A stretch of 64,000 bases of DNA from an uncultured Chloroflexia bacterium (GCA_963724295.1 CAVRUC010000008.1:32001-96000); one strand, 5' to 3'; positions 49,134-60,693 are shown, counted from the stretch's first letter. Numbers and translations are program-made. Notes: a model not told the origin generated them from the letters alone.

Positions 49134-49842
49134 TCAGCGCACCTCGTAGCCGAGGGCGCGAATCCGTCTGGGGTAACGCTCGCGGAAGATGGCGAGATGT
49201 TCCTCCGTCAAGCGCTCCCGTGAGTCACCAACCTTCGCCGCCCGAATGTGTCCCGGTCGGACGAACGTCATCTCACGCATGTTCTCGGCGCTGCAGGTCT
49301 CCACCGCCCGCTCCCGCATCTGTTCAGGCACCAGGACCAGGTGCCGATCCAGTTGGGCCAGGGCCCCAATCGGATCCTCCTGCAAATCCTCATAGCGGAC
49401 CACAGCCGTGCGGCCGCTCTTGATCCACCCCAGGGGCAGCTTCAGGTGTTGGCGCTCGCCCCCGTTGCGGAGGTAGTCCAGGACATCGGGATGATCGAGG
49501 GGTTTGTCTATCAGGGCATCTCGCTCAAATCCTCTGCCGGACCGGCGCTGGATCGAGAAGTAATAGGAGACGAACACGTCGTAGGGGTCGCGGACGATCG
49601 TCACGATGTGGGCCGGGAGCGAGGAAATGGCATCGGCCAGCTCGGGTGAGAAGGGATAGTGCTGGTGAGAGATCGTCCCGTCCGGGAAGCCGCCTCGCCA
49701 CCCACCTCTGGAACGTGCGCAGCCCAAGGGGCTTTTCCGGCTTCTCCTTGTCTCCCAGGATGCGGAGGTCCTAGGCGTTGGCCAGGAGGCACTTCAGCCA
49801 CACGTTCCCCGACTTCTGGGACCCGACGATCAGGATCCTCAT
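49134..49842 (-). pseudogene. Sulfotransferase paralog 1, disrupted
   Basis: MRILIVGSQKSGNVWLKCLLANA-TAG in-frame stop, then a frameshift into GGFPDG..VRDPYDVFVSYY..VRYEDL..IRALGYEVR. Confidence 0.8.
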
Positions 49843-49983
49843 GATCCGATCTTCTCCTTGTCAAGAGACAAAGGCACTTGACGTCGCTGGAGTCCGAGGC
49901 GTCCACACGACGAGATCTATTTACAGCATGATGAGAGCGGCGTCCGCCAAAGCGGAGCCATCTCTGGCGATGGATCAAGGGTG

Positions 49984-51048
49984 CTAGCGCCGCTTGCGGT
50001 GACGATCCTCCTTAGGGAAGATCCATCTGACACCTTTGCCGCCGATCCTGAATACCCGGAAGAACATCCAGCCCGCGAATAATATGGTCAGGAAGTTTCC
50101 GATCACGGGAAGGGTGCCCATAGTGTCCCTGGAGAGGTTGGCCGGGATTTGCAAGAGCCCCATGAGGCCGGCAATGCCGAGCATGAACACGAGGAGCAAG
50201 ATCGCCAGCGCAAACATTTGCCGGCGCCTTCGCGTCACAGCAATGTCTTCGGCGCTGAAATAGTTGAGCCGTGAGATGAGGGACGGCGATTCCGGCTCAT
50301 CAGCGTTTGCTTCGCTCAGCGGCTGATCCGCCTGAGCTCCTTTCACGAGTTGATCCGTAGAGGCTCCAACTGAAGTAACCACGATCTTCTCGACCGGAAT
50401 CCCTTGCAGATCGGCGAGTTGCTGCCGGAGAGCGTCACGTTCCGCCGCAACGCGGCCAATCACGCGATGGGCCGTTTCCAATTGCTGCATCAACATATTC
50501 AGGTGCCGGTTCAGCGCCCCGAGCGCGGGATGATCGTCCACGCCGTCGATCGCCGCCTTAGCCGCTTCTTCCTTGTTCCGTGCGCGTCTCCCGGTACGGA
50601 TCCCTTGCTTCTGGGTCTGGCCCGGGAAGGCGATGACGAGAGCTCCTGCCTCACCACTGGACGCATTGGTCTCCGGAGGGGAGCCGTCCGCACGCTCGGC
50701 ACTTTCCACTGTGGCGGATGCGGCGGGATCTGGCGGCACGGCGCTATTCTCCGCGAGTGGCGCGCGCGGGCGTCGATGTTTCTCCGCACGAGCTAGCCGG
50801 CGCGACGTACGACCGGCATCCGCACCCTTGTTCGCCTCTAGCGCCTCGTCCAACTCGCCGGTACGAGCAACTCCCTCTTCACTGGGGACGGGTTCGACTG
50901 CGACCGCATCGTCCTGGGGTGGTCGTTCCATCCGACCATTCGCCGGCAGACCGGTCACGCCATTGGAGGAAGCATCCAGCTCGGTTGGTGCGGCGGACGC
51001 CTGCGGCTCGGCTATTTCTTCAGTTCTCTGTAAGTTTTTCCCGATCAA
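49984..51048 (-). CDS. Hypothetical membrane protein: disordered N-terminus, coiled coil, two C-terminal TM helices (start uncertain)
   Basis: LNRHLNMLMQQLETAHR..LRQQLADL coiled coil; two hydrophobic segments; TTG 51048 behind GGAGAGG. Confidence 0.6.
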   Translation of the reverse strand: MIGKNLQRTEEIAEPQASAAPTELDASSNGVTGLPANGRMERPPQDDAVAVEPVPSEEGVARTGELDEALEANKGADAGRTSRRLARAEKHRRPRAPLAENSAVPPDPAASATVESAERADGSPPETNASSGEAGALVIAFPGQTQKQGIRTGRRARNKEEAAKAAIDGVDDHPALGALNRHLNMLMQQLETAHRVIGRVAAERDALRQQLADLQGIPVEKIVVTSVGASTDQLVKGAQADQPLSEANADEPESPSLISRLNYFSAEDIAVTRRRRQMFALAILLLVFMLGIAGLMGLLQIPANLSRDTMGTLPVIGNFLTILFAGWMFFRVFRIGGKGVRWIFPKEDRHRKRR

Positions 51049-51618
51049 TGGGTTTCCTCTCCCAAAAACTCCTCCGGCCTTCCTTATATAAGCGTGTGAG
51101 GTGAAATGATATTTGTCAAGAATCAAGGAACTCCCTGGGATGAGCGTTGCGGGAGACTGGCAGTCTAGCAGGCTCACGCGGTAACTCATCGTCGTCTTTG
51201 GTGCTCCACCCGTGAATGGTTCCCAGCGCCGCAGTTCCCCGATAGTGATGCTCACATAGTCGCCTCGCTTATGCACACCCTGTCTTCTCGCCGTTGCCCC
51301 CACAGTTTGGCAGCCCAGTTGATCACCCTTTCGACAGGCAAATTGAGCGCGGAGATGCAGGGCAACCCACCTCCGACAATTCTGTCAAGTCGACTCGTCC
51401 TCGATCCCACCGACGTTTTCGGTCCGATCGGTGGCGATTTTCCACGCGGCCTGACGCGTGCCGACGTTCGCCTCGAGCCCCGCGAGTGCGATCCGCTGGG
51501 CTCGCAACGTCTGCTCCAACTCCGCGATCCATGCCCTGGCTTTCGCCAGCGACCCGGCCCTCTGGGATCTCAGACCCTGCCGACCCGTGCTAGGCTGAAT
51601 CTCGACACGGAGGTCCTT

Positions 51619-52674
51619 GTGCGCGCGCTTCTTCTGGCTCTGTTGTGCTTGCTGCCAGCCCTGCCCACGCTGGCTCAGACCGAGTCCCGGCCCGACATCA
51701 TCGTCATTTTGCTCGACGACATGCGTACGTCCGATTGGCAGGCGCTGCCCGAGACGCAGGACCTGCTGGAGGACGGGACGTGGTTTCCCAACTTCATCCT
51801 CACCACCCCGCTCTGCTGCCCCAGCCGGTCCAGCCTGCTCTCGGGGCGCTATGCCCATAACCACGGGGTCAAGACCAACCGCTCGGGCTGGGAGGCCTTT
51901 CGCAACGACGAAGCCGCCGCGCTGCTGCGTTGCTTGGCGGCTATGATGCCGCGCTGATCGGCAAGTACCTGAATGGGTACCGCAGCAACTCCCCGACCCC
52001 GCCAGGTTCTGGCGAAACGGATACCTTCCGGCGGGCGCAGTGGCGCCGCGGATCAGCACCGACAGGAGCGAGAGCCAGGGACGTTCGTGATCTGGTGAAG
52101 AACAGCGCCATGGTTCGCCCCCTACGCACCGCACAAACCCGCCACGTATGCGCCCCGGCATGCCGACGCCTTTCCCGATGCCCGGGGCAAAGACCGGGAC
52201 CGGCTGCGCGCGATCCTGGCCGTCGACGAGGCGGTAGTCGCCATCGCGGAGGCGATGGGGCCACGCTGGGACCAAGCCTGCGTCTTCGTCCTCTCCGACA
52301 ACGGCTACCTGATCAAGGCGCGCGAGAAGAACGTGCCCCGTGATGAGGTGGTGCGGGTGCCGATGCTGGCGCGGTGCCCTGGGTTGGGCCAGGGGACGGA
52401 GCACCGTATCGCCGCCAACATCGATCTGGCCCCGACGATCCTGCGCGCCGCTGGCGAACAGATCCCGGAGAGGATGGACGGGCGGGCTTTGCAGGACGGG
52501 GCGCAACGCGACGGCATCCTGATCGAGGGTTGGGAAGGCAACGGCGCGACGCGGAACTGGGCGCGGGTCTGGACCACGGACCGGATCCTCGGCTCACAGC
52601 ACGCCAGAGCCTGGATCAACGAATTCTACCGTTGCGCGGGGAACGAGTGTCGGGACGCCGACGGCGGTGGGTAG
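51619..52674 (+). pseudogene. Sulfatase (N-acetylglucosamine-6-sulfatase-like), frameshifted and internally deleted
   Basis: Signal peptide, PDIIVILLDD, CCPSRSSLLSGRYAHNHGV, then GKYLNGY and SDNGY..NIDLAPT in other frames. Confidence 0.82.
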
Positions 52675-52965
52675 ATCAATCACCGTCTGAGGCCCGGCCT
52701 TTCGCCGTTGAATTCAGATGTTCCGTCTGGTCGGCGTCAAGCGTCTCGATCTGACCGGGCGCTAGCTGCGGTCAGTTCGCGAACCCAAGCAGGCGAGTTG
52801 ACCACACCCGCCTCATCGGACGCGGCTGATCGCGGAATCGGGGTGTTGATGAACACTTCGCGTGGTAAGGGACCGGCACGTACGGCTTGTTCGGCGCAGT
52901 AGGAAGAGTGCCGATTGCACTAAGCGGACCGGAGCCGGGGGTATTGCGAAATAACAGCAAAGTTC

Positions 52966-53670
52966 GTAGCGCACCTCGTAGCCGAGGGCCCGGATGCGGT
53001 CGGCGTGTCGCTCCCAAAAGATCGCCAGGTGCAAGGGTGAGAGGTGGTTGCGCCAGTCCCCAGAGGTCGCCGCCGGATGCGACGCTTCAGCCCCTTGCGC
53101 GTCCGTAAAAGGGTCTCCGCCTGACACGCTTCAATCGCTGAGCGGACTGCCTCTGGCGCGACCGGTTCGATCTGATCGGTAGCGCGGGTCAGCTCGGCTT
53201 CGGGCTGCTCGACGAGGCGTTCGTAGCGCACCACCACAGAGGCCCCGCTCTCCAGCCAGTCGATCCCGAGCTGCAGCTGGGACCCGAAGTGGTCGGCCAG
53301 ATAGGCCAGGACCACCGGGTATGGATGGCCCGGCCAGCCATCACGTCGGGGGTCCGATCGACCGCCTTGGTGGCGCGCTGCTCGTTGTCGGCCTGGGCCT
53401 GGGCAAAGAAGTAGCGCGAGACGAACATGTCGTACGGGTCACGCAGAATGGTCGCCAGGTGGATGGAGTTGTGGGTCGCCAACTCGACGAATTGCGGCGA
53501 GTAGGCGGTGATGGTGGAACACGGCGTTCTTCTCGCCGGCCAGCCAGGCGATCGGCCGTGCCACTCGGGCGCTGTCGCCAGGTCAGCCAGTCCAGACCAT
53601 AGACGGATGAGACCAGGCACTTCAACCAGGAATTCCCGGTCTTTGGCGGCGCCACGATCAGGATGCGCAT
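52966..53670 (-). pseudogene. Sulfotransferase paralog 2, at least three frameshifts and a lost stop
   Basis: MRILIVAPPKTGNSWLKCL / LRDPYDMFVSRY / VRYERL / GDWRNHL..IRALGYEVR spread over four ORF fragments. Confidence 0.8.
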
Positions 53671-53827
53671 TGAGTGCACTCCGTGCGGCCGCGACTATGG
53701 AGCAGGGTGCTCGCGCACCCTGGCCGAAGATACGCTATTCGAGCTCCCCGGGGATATCGCGGAGGGGGAAAGCAACGCTAGTCCTCAAGCGCACAAGGCG
53801 CGAACCGCCGGCGTTGCGCCAAAGAAC

Positions 53828-54552
53828 TCAGCGAACGTCATAGCCGAGGGACCTGATCAGGTCGGCATACCGCTCGCGGAATATCATCAGGTGTTCGTCA
53901 CGCAATCGTTCCTTTGAGTCGCCAACTTTCGCTACCCGAACGGTCCACGGTTTGGTCTCCTCCCACTGGCGCATATTCTCGGCTCTGCAGGCCTCAATCG
54001 CGTGTTCGATCCGTTCCCGGTCCACCGCGGCGATCTGCTCGGTCACGCACGTGAGCGCCGCTACCGGGTCGTGGTGAAGATCTTCGTAGCGCACGGCAAT
54101 CGCCCGTCCACTGTGGAGCCACGCGTGCGCCATTCTGGGGTGACCACCGAAGCCATTTGGGTCGGCGAGGAATGCGAGCACCTCGGGGTCATCGAGTGGT
54201 TTGCCAACCATCCGTTGCCTGGGCCGGCGCTCGGCGCGCTCCTGGTTAGCGGGCCACCTTCCGCTGCGCCCAGTAGTACAGGGATACAAACGCGTCATAT
54301 GGGTCGCGCACGATCGTGACAATCTTTGCCGGCACCGCCTCGATCTCGTCAGCCAGCTTGGATTTGTAGCGACTATGGAGGTGAAATACTGACCCGTCTG
54401 GAAACTCGCCGCGGCGCGCCCACTCCCGGAAGAGTTTCGGCTTTGTGCCATCCGCTTCCGCCGGGTGAGCAGTTGCAGATGTAAATCGTGCCAAGGAGAC
54501 ATTCGATCCAATGGTTGCCTGACCGGGGAGCCGAGACGACCACGATCCGCAT
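53828..54552 (-). pseudogene. Sulfotransferase paralog 3, two frameshifts
   Basis: MRIVVVSAPRSGNHWIECL / VRDPYDAFVSLYY / VRYEDL..IRSLGYDVR in three ORF fragments. Confidence 0.8.
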
Positions 54553-54935
54553 CTGCCGTGACTCCGCAATCCTTGTGGCTCTCGCCGTTCTCACCGATCA
54601 GGCCCCGAGCGTAATCGAGGCGGAACCACTCAACAAGGGACATGATCCATGGCGCGCGACATGACGGCCCCTCCGGCAGTTTCACCATCGCCCAGGCAGC
54701 GCGCCGCGCGTGCAGCGCCGCTAGATTCACGGCGTTCCTGGTGCACAACGCCATGCGCAGCCACACGCCGCGCTTGACCGCGCGAAGATCAGGCCATCAG
54801 GAGGAAGGCAACAAGAGAAACTCCTTGCCCTAGCGGCGGCTGACTCGATTGGCAGTGCGTAGACCTCAGGCTGCTGCGTCTTGTCGAGCTACTCGCTAGG
54901 ATATTCTCACACGTGCATGGACGGAGGGCCGACGC

Positions 54936-56540
54936 ATGATGTCGAGAAGTTCAGCTCGCGGTCCAGACCATCCTCCAGCGGGCCAGCGGTCGCTTGAACC
55001 AGGCGATTTTTCGTTTGCCGGGTTCGGTGAACTGCGGTGGGATGAACTGCGGAAGCTCTCGAAGCTCAGCATCCGCAGCGACCCGCCAGCCGTCTCCGTC
55101 GTCGAGGATGCCATCTTTGTCCCCGGGAGCGGTGAGGCACTTTCGCGGAAAACCAAGCTCATTGGCGGCATCGTCAAGCCCGATGGGTCGCCGATCGACA
55201 CCGCGCAGTTGCATCGCAAGGGCGGCAAGCACTTCGGCGGTCTGACAGAGGCGGTCTCGGTAGCGGTAGAGGGCGAGCTGGATGAGGACGTCGTCTACCT
55301 GGGACCCCTGTTCACCCATTACGGCCGAGTGCTGCTGGAATCGCTGGCGCGCGTCTGGTACCTGAGCGAGGTTGATCCCTGCGTAAAGGTCATCTTCAAC
55401 CACACCGCCACATCGCGAGACGGACACCTGGTACAAGCCGAGTATCCACCCTGGGTATTTAGGCTGCTATCGCTTTTTGGCATTCCGACGGATCGGATCC
55501 TGGCGCTGGAGCGTCCGACGCGCCTGCGTCGCGCCATCGTTCCCGAGCCGCTCTTCGAGCAGCTCTTCTCGGCACACGTGGAGATGGTGCGCCCCTTCCG
55601 GGAGGTGGCCGCACGCATTGCCGGCGACGTCACGATGTCGAGGCAGCCGCTGTATCTCAGTCGCCGCCGGCTGACAAGCCGTGAGCGGCCGGTTGTCGGT
55701 GAACCCGAACTCGAGGAGTTGCTGCGGAAGAATGGGTTTGCCATCGCGTATCCCGAGACGATGACGTTCGACGATCAGATTCGGCTGATCAACGCCCACG
55801 CGGACATTGTTTCCAGTATCGGGAGCGCCGCGCACACCATCCTCTTTGCGCTCGGCAAGCCCAGGCTCCATCTCCTGGCGCACCGGGAGAGTATTTCTGG
55901 CAACTTCTTTCTCTGCTCCGCCATCGCTGACGTGCCAACCACGTTTGTCGACTGCCTGGGATCGGGTGGCCGGGCAAGCCCCAAGGCTGAGCGACGGAAC
56001 CGAGAGGCGGACTCCGCCGAGATTCCTCTGGACATCCACGCTGTCGACACGGTCGTGGGGCCGCAGTCCGTGCCGCAGCTCCTCGAGTGGGACCGCGTCG
56101 TCAGCTATCTCGATCAGACGGGTTTTCTCGCGAGTCAGTCGCCTCCCGGGATGCTCGATCCTGACGCTCTCACCACCATGAAGCGTCGCCATGACGAAGC
56201 CTGGTTTTACACACGTCTTCGCTTGACCGCGAGGAGGCTGGGTTCGCTGTCAGCAGATCTCGAACGTGAAGCACTCGATCTCGCCGCCGAATCGTGGCCG
56301 ATAAGCTTCGTGCTCGCTGTGTACTATGCGGGTGCTGGCGACAACTCAGGCGCCGATACGTTAGCGAGCCAGTTCGCGACGCTCCTGGATCGGGAAACCG
56401 ACGTTGACCGGTTGGCGTACTTCCGCGGAGATATTCATGAGCTGGCGGGCCAACTTGCCGCCGCGTGTCAGCCGGCGACGGCCAACCGTTTGGCGTCGAT
56501 TCTTTCCGAGCGTCTCCCATGGGAATCGCTCGATGACTAG
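54936..56540 (+). CDS. Glycosyltransferase family 61 (DUF563) protein with helical C-terminal extension
   Basis: HYGRVLLESLAR.W, LYLSR, PE.MTFDDQIRL, GSAAHTILF; GGAGG RBS. Confidence 0.8.
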   Translation: MMSRSSARGPDHPPAGQRSLEPGDFSFAGFGELRWDELRKLSKLSIRSDPPAVSVVEDAIFVPGSGEALSRKTKLIGGIVKPDGSPIDTAQLHRKGGKHFGGLTEAVSVAVEGELDEDVVYLGPLFTHYGRVLLESLARVWYLSEVDPCVKVIFNHTATSRDGHLVQAEYPPWVFRLLSLFGIPTDRILALERPTRLRRAIVPEPLFEQLFSAHVEMVRPFREVAARIAGDVTMSRQPLYLSRRRLTSRERPVVGEPELEELLRKNGFAIAYPETMTFDDQIRLINAHADIVSSIGSAAHTILFALGKPRLHLLAHRESISGNFFLCSAIADVPTTFVDCLGSGGRASPKAERRNREADSAEIPLDIHAVDTVVGPQSVPQLLEWDRVVSYLDQTGFLASQSPPGMLDPDALTTMKRRHDEAWFYTRLRLTARRLGSLSADLEREALDLAAESWPISFVLAVYYAGAGDNSGADTLASQFATLLDRETDVDRLAYFRGDIHELAGQLAAACQPATANRLASILSERLPWESLDD

Positions 56541-57046
56541 CGATGTAAATCGCCCACAAGTGAGAGCCCAAGACTACCTACCGTGTAGCGGCTATCATTA
56601 TCAAGATTGTCTCAGTAGATCATTTCTTAATAGCTGAGTATTTGTCTTTTTTCGCGGGATTTTATGAAACGAAATTGGTTCCGTCTAGATATCGAGCGCT
56701 AGCTGGGATTTACGGCGCGGGAGAATGGCAGTCTAGGAGACATCTGCAGGAACTCACGGTCATTATCGGTGACACAGGCATCAATGATTCGCAGCGCCGC
56801 GGGCCACTCGCTTGCTCACTATTGAAGTAGAGATCAGACGCGGTTCGTCGTCAAATTGACATGGCAGTCACGTCCACCATATCTCCTCGACACTCTCTAG
56901 TTCCGAGAGCGTGGAATGCTTTTCGCGCCCGAGTTGACAAGAGTGAATGACTCGGTGTTTCGTGTCGTCGTCTCGGTGCTGCCCAGTGTCATCAGCGTCC
57001 ATGGCTAACAAGGCCCAGTCGGCCAAGAACGCGCCCTAGTCGACTA

Positions 57047-57943
57047 TCAATCCCAGTCCATACTACGACTCAGCAATGCTTCGAGCCGCTTGTTATGCGG
57101 CTCGAACCACTCGATCAGCCGAGCTCGCGTATCGCTGTTCATGGGCGGGTAACCTCCTCCATCCTTGCGAATACCGAGGTCCGTCGGATGGTAGCGGGGC
57201 ATCCCGAGAAAGTCGAAGACTTCGTTGAGTACGATGGCTGGCTCGGCAAAGAACGTCTCGCTGCGGACCACTAAGAGGCGGTTCGTTGGGATTGCCCTTA
57301 GCCAGGGGGCGACTTGCTCGGCGTAGAGACCGCGCTGGAGGTAGGAAAACTTACTGCGGTCTGCACTCGGGCCGCTCCCTGCCTCTTCCGGATGCAAGGG
57401 CTCAATTGCAGTGGCCTCTTCGAACGTTCGCCGCTCGTTTCGTCGTCGTACCTGCATCCAGTAGTGGGAGTAGGCCCGGTCAACCGGGTTGCGCAGTAGG
57501 ACGACGATCTTTACTAAAGGCAGGTCGGTAGCGATGCGGAATGGCGTATCAGGGTCGGCCAGATAGTTCGGGCTAGCTTCCCCACAGAACTGAGCCTCGT
57601 CAAACCGGGGGAAGAACGCCCGATACCAATCGAGGCCATTTGCATACCAGCGGTTGAAGTAATGGATTTCCTTTCTTGCAGCAGGTCCGGCCTGTGGATG
57701 TTGACTCAAATAGGTGTAGAGCGACGACGTCCCGCCTTTTTGGGCTCCCGGGATAATGAAGTCAGGAAAGCGGCGTTCCTGAGCAGTTGCAACGGCCGAA
57801 GGGGAGGGGTCGCGACGGTCTTTACGCGCTCCCGATTCACTCACCGATAACCCTTGAATCGACGGCCGCCTGACGTCCCGGACCACTCCACCCGAAATCC
57901 GATCGGTAATCGGAAGTACGTGAACGAGCACATCCTCCACCAT
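57047..57943 (-). CDS. Sulfotransferase (Sulfotransfer_1, heparan-sulfate sulfotransferase-like), apparently intact; start uncertain
   Basis: PDFIIPGAQKGGTSSL 5'-PSB loop, KEIHYF, GEASPNY, LLRNPVDRAYSHY 3'-PB motif. Confidence 0.88.
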   Translation of the reverse strand: MVEDVLVHVLPITDRISGGVVRDVRRPSIQGLSVSESGARKDRRDPSPSAVATAQERRFPDFIIPGAQKGGTSSLYTYLSQHPQAGPAARKEIHYFNRWYANGLDWYRAFFPRFDEAQFCGEASPNYLADPDTPFRIATDLPLVKIVVLLRNPVDRAYSHYWMQVRRRNERRTFEEATAIEPLHPEEAGSGPSADRSKFSYLQRGLYAEQVAPWLRAIPTNRLLVVRSETFFAEPAIVLNEVFDFLGMPRYHPTDLGIRKDGGGYPPMNSDTRARLIEWFEPHNKRLEALLSRSMDWD

Positions 57944-58031
57944 TGAGGATCAATGCTACTAATTTGAAGCTTACCGAGGGTCGGACTCTGCGTGCAAGAA
58001 TTTTTAGCTCATTTTGCGGTGCCATGGGCCC

Positions 58032-58142
58032 GTATATCGTGCCGAGGAGGAATTCGATCTAGTGGTTGCCTGACCGGGGAGGCGAGACGACCACGATCCG
58101 CACCTGCCGTGACCCCGCAATCCTTGTGGCTCTCGCCGTTCT
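58032..58142 (-). pseudogene. Sulfotransferase paralog 4, 5' remnant (near-identical copy of 54481-54591)
   Basis: VRIVVVSPPRSGNH-TAG-IEFLLGTIY; about 110-bp direct repeat including the upstream leader. Confidence 0.8.
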
Positions 58143-58421
58143 TGCTGAACTGCCCACCAGGATCGTAGTCGACCCGAAAAAAGTCAGCAAGACGGACGGA
58201 CGACTAAGTGGACGCGACATGAACGCGGTCACTGCCGTTTCACCATTGTCATGGCAGAGCGTGCCTCGATCGTCGAGCCACCGTTCGCAACGGAATTTCT
58301 TTTGCCCAATGATCGGAGCAACCACATGCCGCGCTTGACCGGACGATACGGGTTCTGTCACGATGTATCTCTCCCCGCCACATGCGTCAGTCCGCGTTGA
58401 CAGGATCGATCTCACCACGGC

Positions 58422-60629
58422 ATGAGCATCTTGGCACCTGATTCCCCGCCGCGAGCGGACGACCCGCGGCGAAGCGCGCGGGCGTGGATCGGCGCGCCGT
58501 TTCCGCTTGGCCCCCATTGGGACGGCCAGGGCGTCAATTTCTCCCTCCTCTCCGAACACGCAACGGCGGTGGAGGTCTGCCTCTTCGCTCACCCCGATGA
58601 CCCGTACGAGACCGAGCGCATCCCCCTTCCGGAGCGCACCGGCCACGTCTGGCACGGCTACATTCCTGAGCTCGGACCGGGCCAGGTCTATGGCTATCGC
58701 GTTTACGGTCCGTATCGTCCTGAGGTCGGTCTGCGCTTCAATCCGGCCAAACTCCTCATCGACCCCTACGCCCGCGCCATCCACGGCCGGCTCGATTACT
58801 CCGGGCCGATCTATGGCTCCGATGCAGAGGCTGGATCACGCGCCGACGACCATGACCGCGGCTCACGCGATGATGCTCCCGCCATGCCTCGCTGCGTCGT
58901 CATCGATCCCGCATTCGACTGGGAGGATGACGCAGCGCCCCGGGTTCCCTGGGGAGAGACCATCATCTACGAGACGCATGTCAAAGGGTTCAGCCGGCTC
59001 TTTCCAGAGGTGTTACAAGAACTGCGCGGAACCTATCTCGGGCTGGCCCAACCGGCGACCATCGACTACCTGCGCAATCTTGGCGTGACCGCGGTGGAGC
59101 TTCTGCCGGTCCACCACTGGCTCGACGAGGTGTCGGTCGCCGCGCGCGGTCTGACGAACTACTGGGGCTACAACTCGATCGGATTTTTCGCGCCGGACGC
59201 GCGCTTTGCCGTCGGCGGCTCTCTTGGCCAGCAGGTCACCGAGTTCAAGCAGATGGTCAAGACGCTGCACGCCGCCGGCATCGAGGTGATCCTGGATGTG
59301 GTCTACAACCACACCGCCGAGGGCAACCACCTCGGTCCCACCCTCTCCTTCCGCGGCATCGACAACCCGGTCTATTACCGCCTGGTCCAGGATGACCCTC
59401 GTCTCTATGTCGACGTCACCGGTACCGGCAACACGCTCAATGTCCGCAACCCCAACACCTTGCGGATGGTCATGGACTCGCTCCGCTATTGGGTCCAGGA
59501 GATGCACGTCGATGGCTTCCGCTTCGATCTTGCTCCGGCGCTGGCCCGCGAGGCATTCGATGTCGACCGCGAGGGATCGTTCTTCGACGCCATCCACCAG
59601 GATCCTGTCCTGGCGGGGGTAAAGCTGATCGCGGAGCCATGGGATATCGGTGAGAACGGCTACCACGTCGGCAAGTTTCCCACCGGCTGGTCCGAATGGA
59701 ACGGAAAGTACCGCGACGGCGCGCGCCACTTCTGGCGCGGCGACGAGGGCTGGGTAGCCGACATGGGCTATCGGCTCACCGGTTCCTCCGATCTCTACAA
59801 GGCGGACGGGCGACAACCCTTCGCCAGCATCAACTTCGTGACCGCGCACGACGGCTTCACCCTGCGCGATCTCGTCTCCTACGACCACAAGCACAACTGG
59901 GCGAATGGCGAGAACAATCGAGACGGGTCCGACGACAACATCTCCTCCAACTATGGACACGAAGGGCCGACACCGGACCAGGAGATCCTGACCGTGCGCG
60001 CCCGGCAGCAGCGGAACTTTCTCGCCACCCTCTTCCTGTCACAGGGCACGCCGATGCTCCTCGGCGGCGATGAGATCGGCCGCACCCAGCGCGGCAACAA
60101 CAACGCCTATTGCCAGGACAACGATCTCAGCTGGTACGACTGGTCGCTCCTCGCCCGGGATGACGACCTGCACGCGTTCGTGCAGCGGCTGATCCGGATC
60201 CGTGCCGAGCAGCCTGTCCTGCGCCGCCGCCATTTCCTGTATGGCAGCCGCCTGCGCGCGATCGGGGCGAAGGACATCACCTGGCTGCACCCCGGCGGCG
60301 GTGAGATGACCGCCGCCGATTGGCACGACCCGGGTTTGCACGCCCTCGGTCTCGTGCTCCACGGCAACGCCATTGATGAACTGGGTCCGCACGGCGAACC
60401 CATCTCCGGCGACACACTTGCCATGCTGCTCAATGCGGGCAGAACGGAGGTGGAGTTCGACCTCACCCAGCAGGGCGATCACGGCCCGGCGAGCTGGGAG
60501 ACCCTCGTCGACACGATGCATCCGCCGGACAATGACGGGTTGGTCTACCGCGCCCGGACCGCGGTGGTCGTGCCCAGCAGGACGCTCCTGCTGCTGCGTG
60601 AAATCCCGCCGGCCACCGGGTCAGACTGA
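58422..60629 (+). CDS. glgX: Glycogen debranching enzyme (isoamylase, GH13)
   Basis: PFPLG, NPAKLLIDPYA, NYWGY, DVVYNHTAEG, DGFRFDLA, AEPWD, TAHDGFTL. Confidence 0.96.
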   Translation: MSILAPDSPPRADDPRRSARAWIGAPFPLGPHWDGQGVNFSLLSEHATAVEVCLFAHPDDPYETERIPLPERTGHVWHGYIPELGPGQVYGYRVYGPYRPEVGLRFNPAKLLIDPYARAIHGRLDYSGPIYGSDAEAGSRADDHDRGSRDDAPAMPRCVVIDPAFDWEDDAAPRVPWGETIIYETHVKGFSRLFPEVLQELRGTYLGLAQPATIDYLRNLGVTAVELLPVHHWLDEVSVAARGLTNYWGYNSIGFFAPDARFAVGGSLGQQVTEFKQMVKTLHAAGIEVILDVVYNHTAEGNHLGPTLSFRGIDNPVYYRLVQDDPRLYVDVTGTGNTLNVRNPNTLRMVMDSLRYWVQEMHVDGFRFDLAPALAREAFDVDREGSFFDAIHQDPVLAGVKLIAEPWDIGENGYHVGKFPTGWSEWNGKYRDGARHFWRGDEGWVADMGYRLTGSSDLYKADGRQPFASINFVTAHDGFTLRDLVSYDHKHNWANGENNRDGSDDNISSNYGHEGPTPDQEILTVRARQQRNFLATLFLSQGTPMLLGGDEIGRTQRGNNNAYCQDNDLSWYDWSLLARDDDLHAFVQRLIRIRAEQPVLRRRHFLYGSRLRAIGAKDITWLHPGGGEMTAADWHDPGLHALGLVLHGNAIDELGPHGEPISGDTLAMLLNAGRTEVEFDLTQQGDHGPASWETLVDTMHPPDNDGLVYRARTAVVVPSRTLLLLREIPPATGSD

Positions 60630-60693
60630 TCGACTCCCGCCACAGGCAGCGTGCGACCGCACATGCGCCCTAGCAGCTATGAGCCAATCCCCA

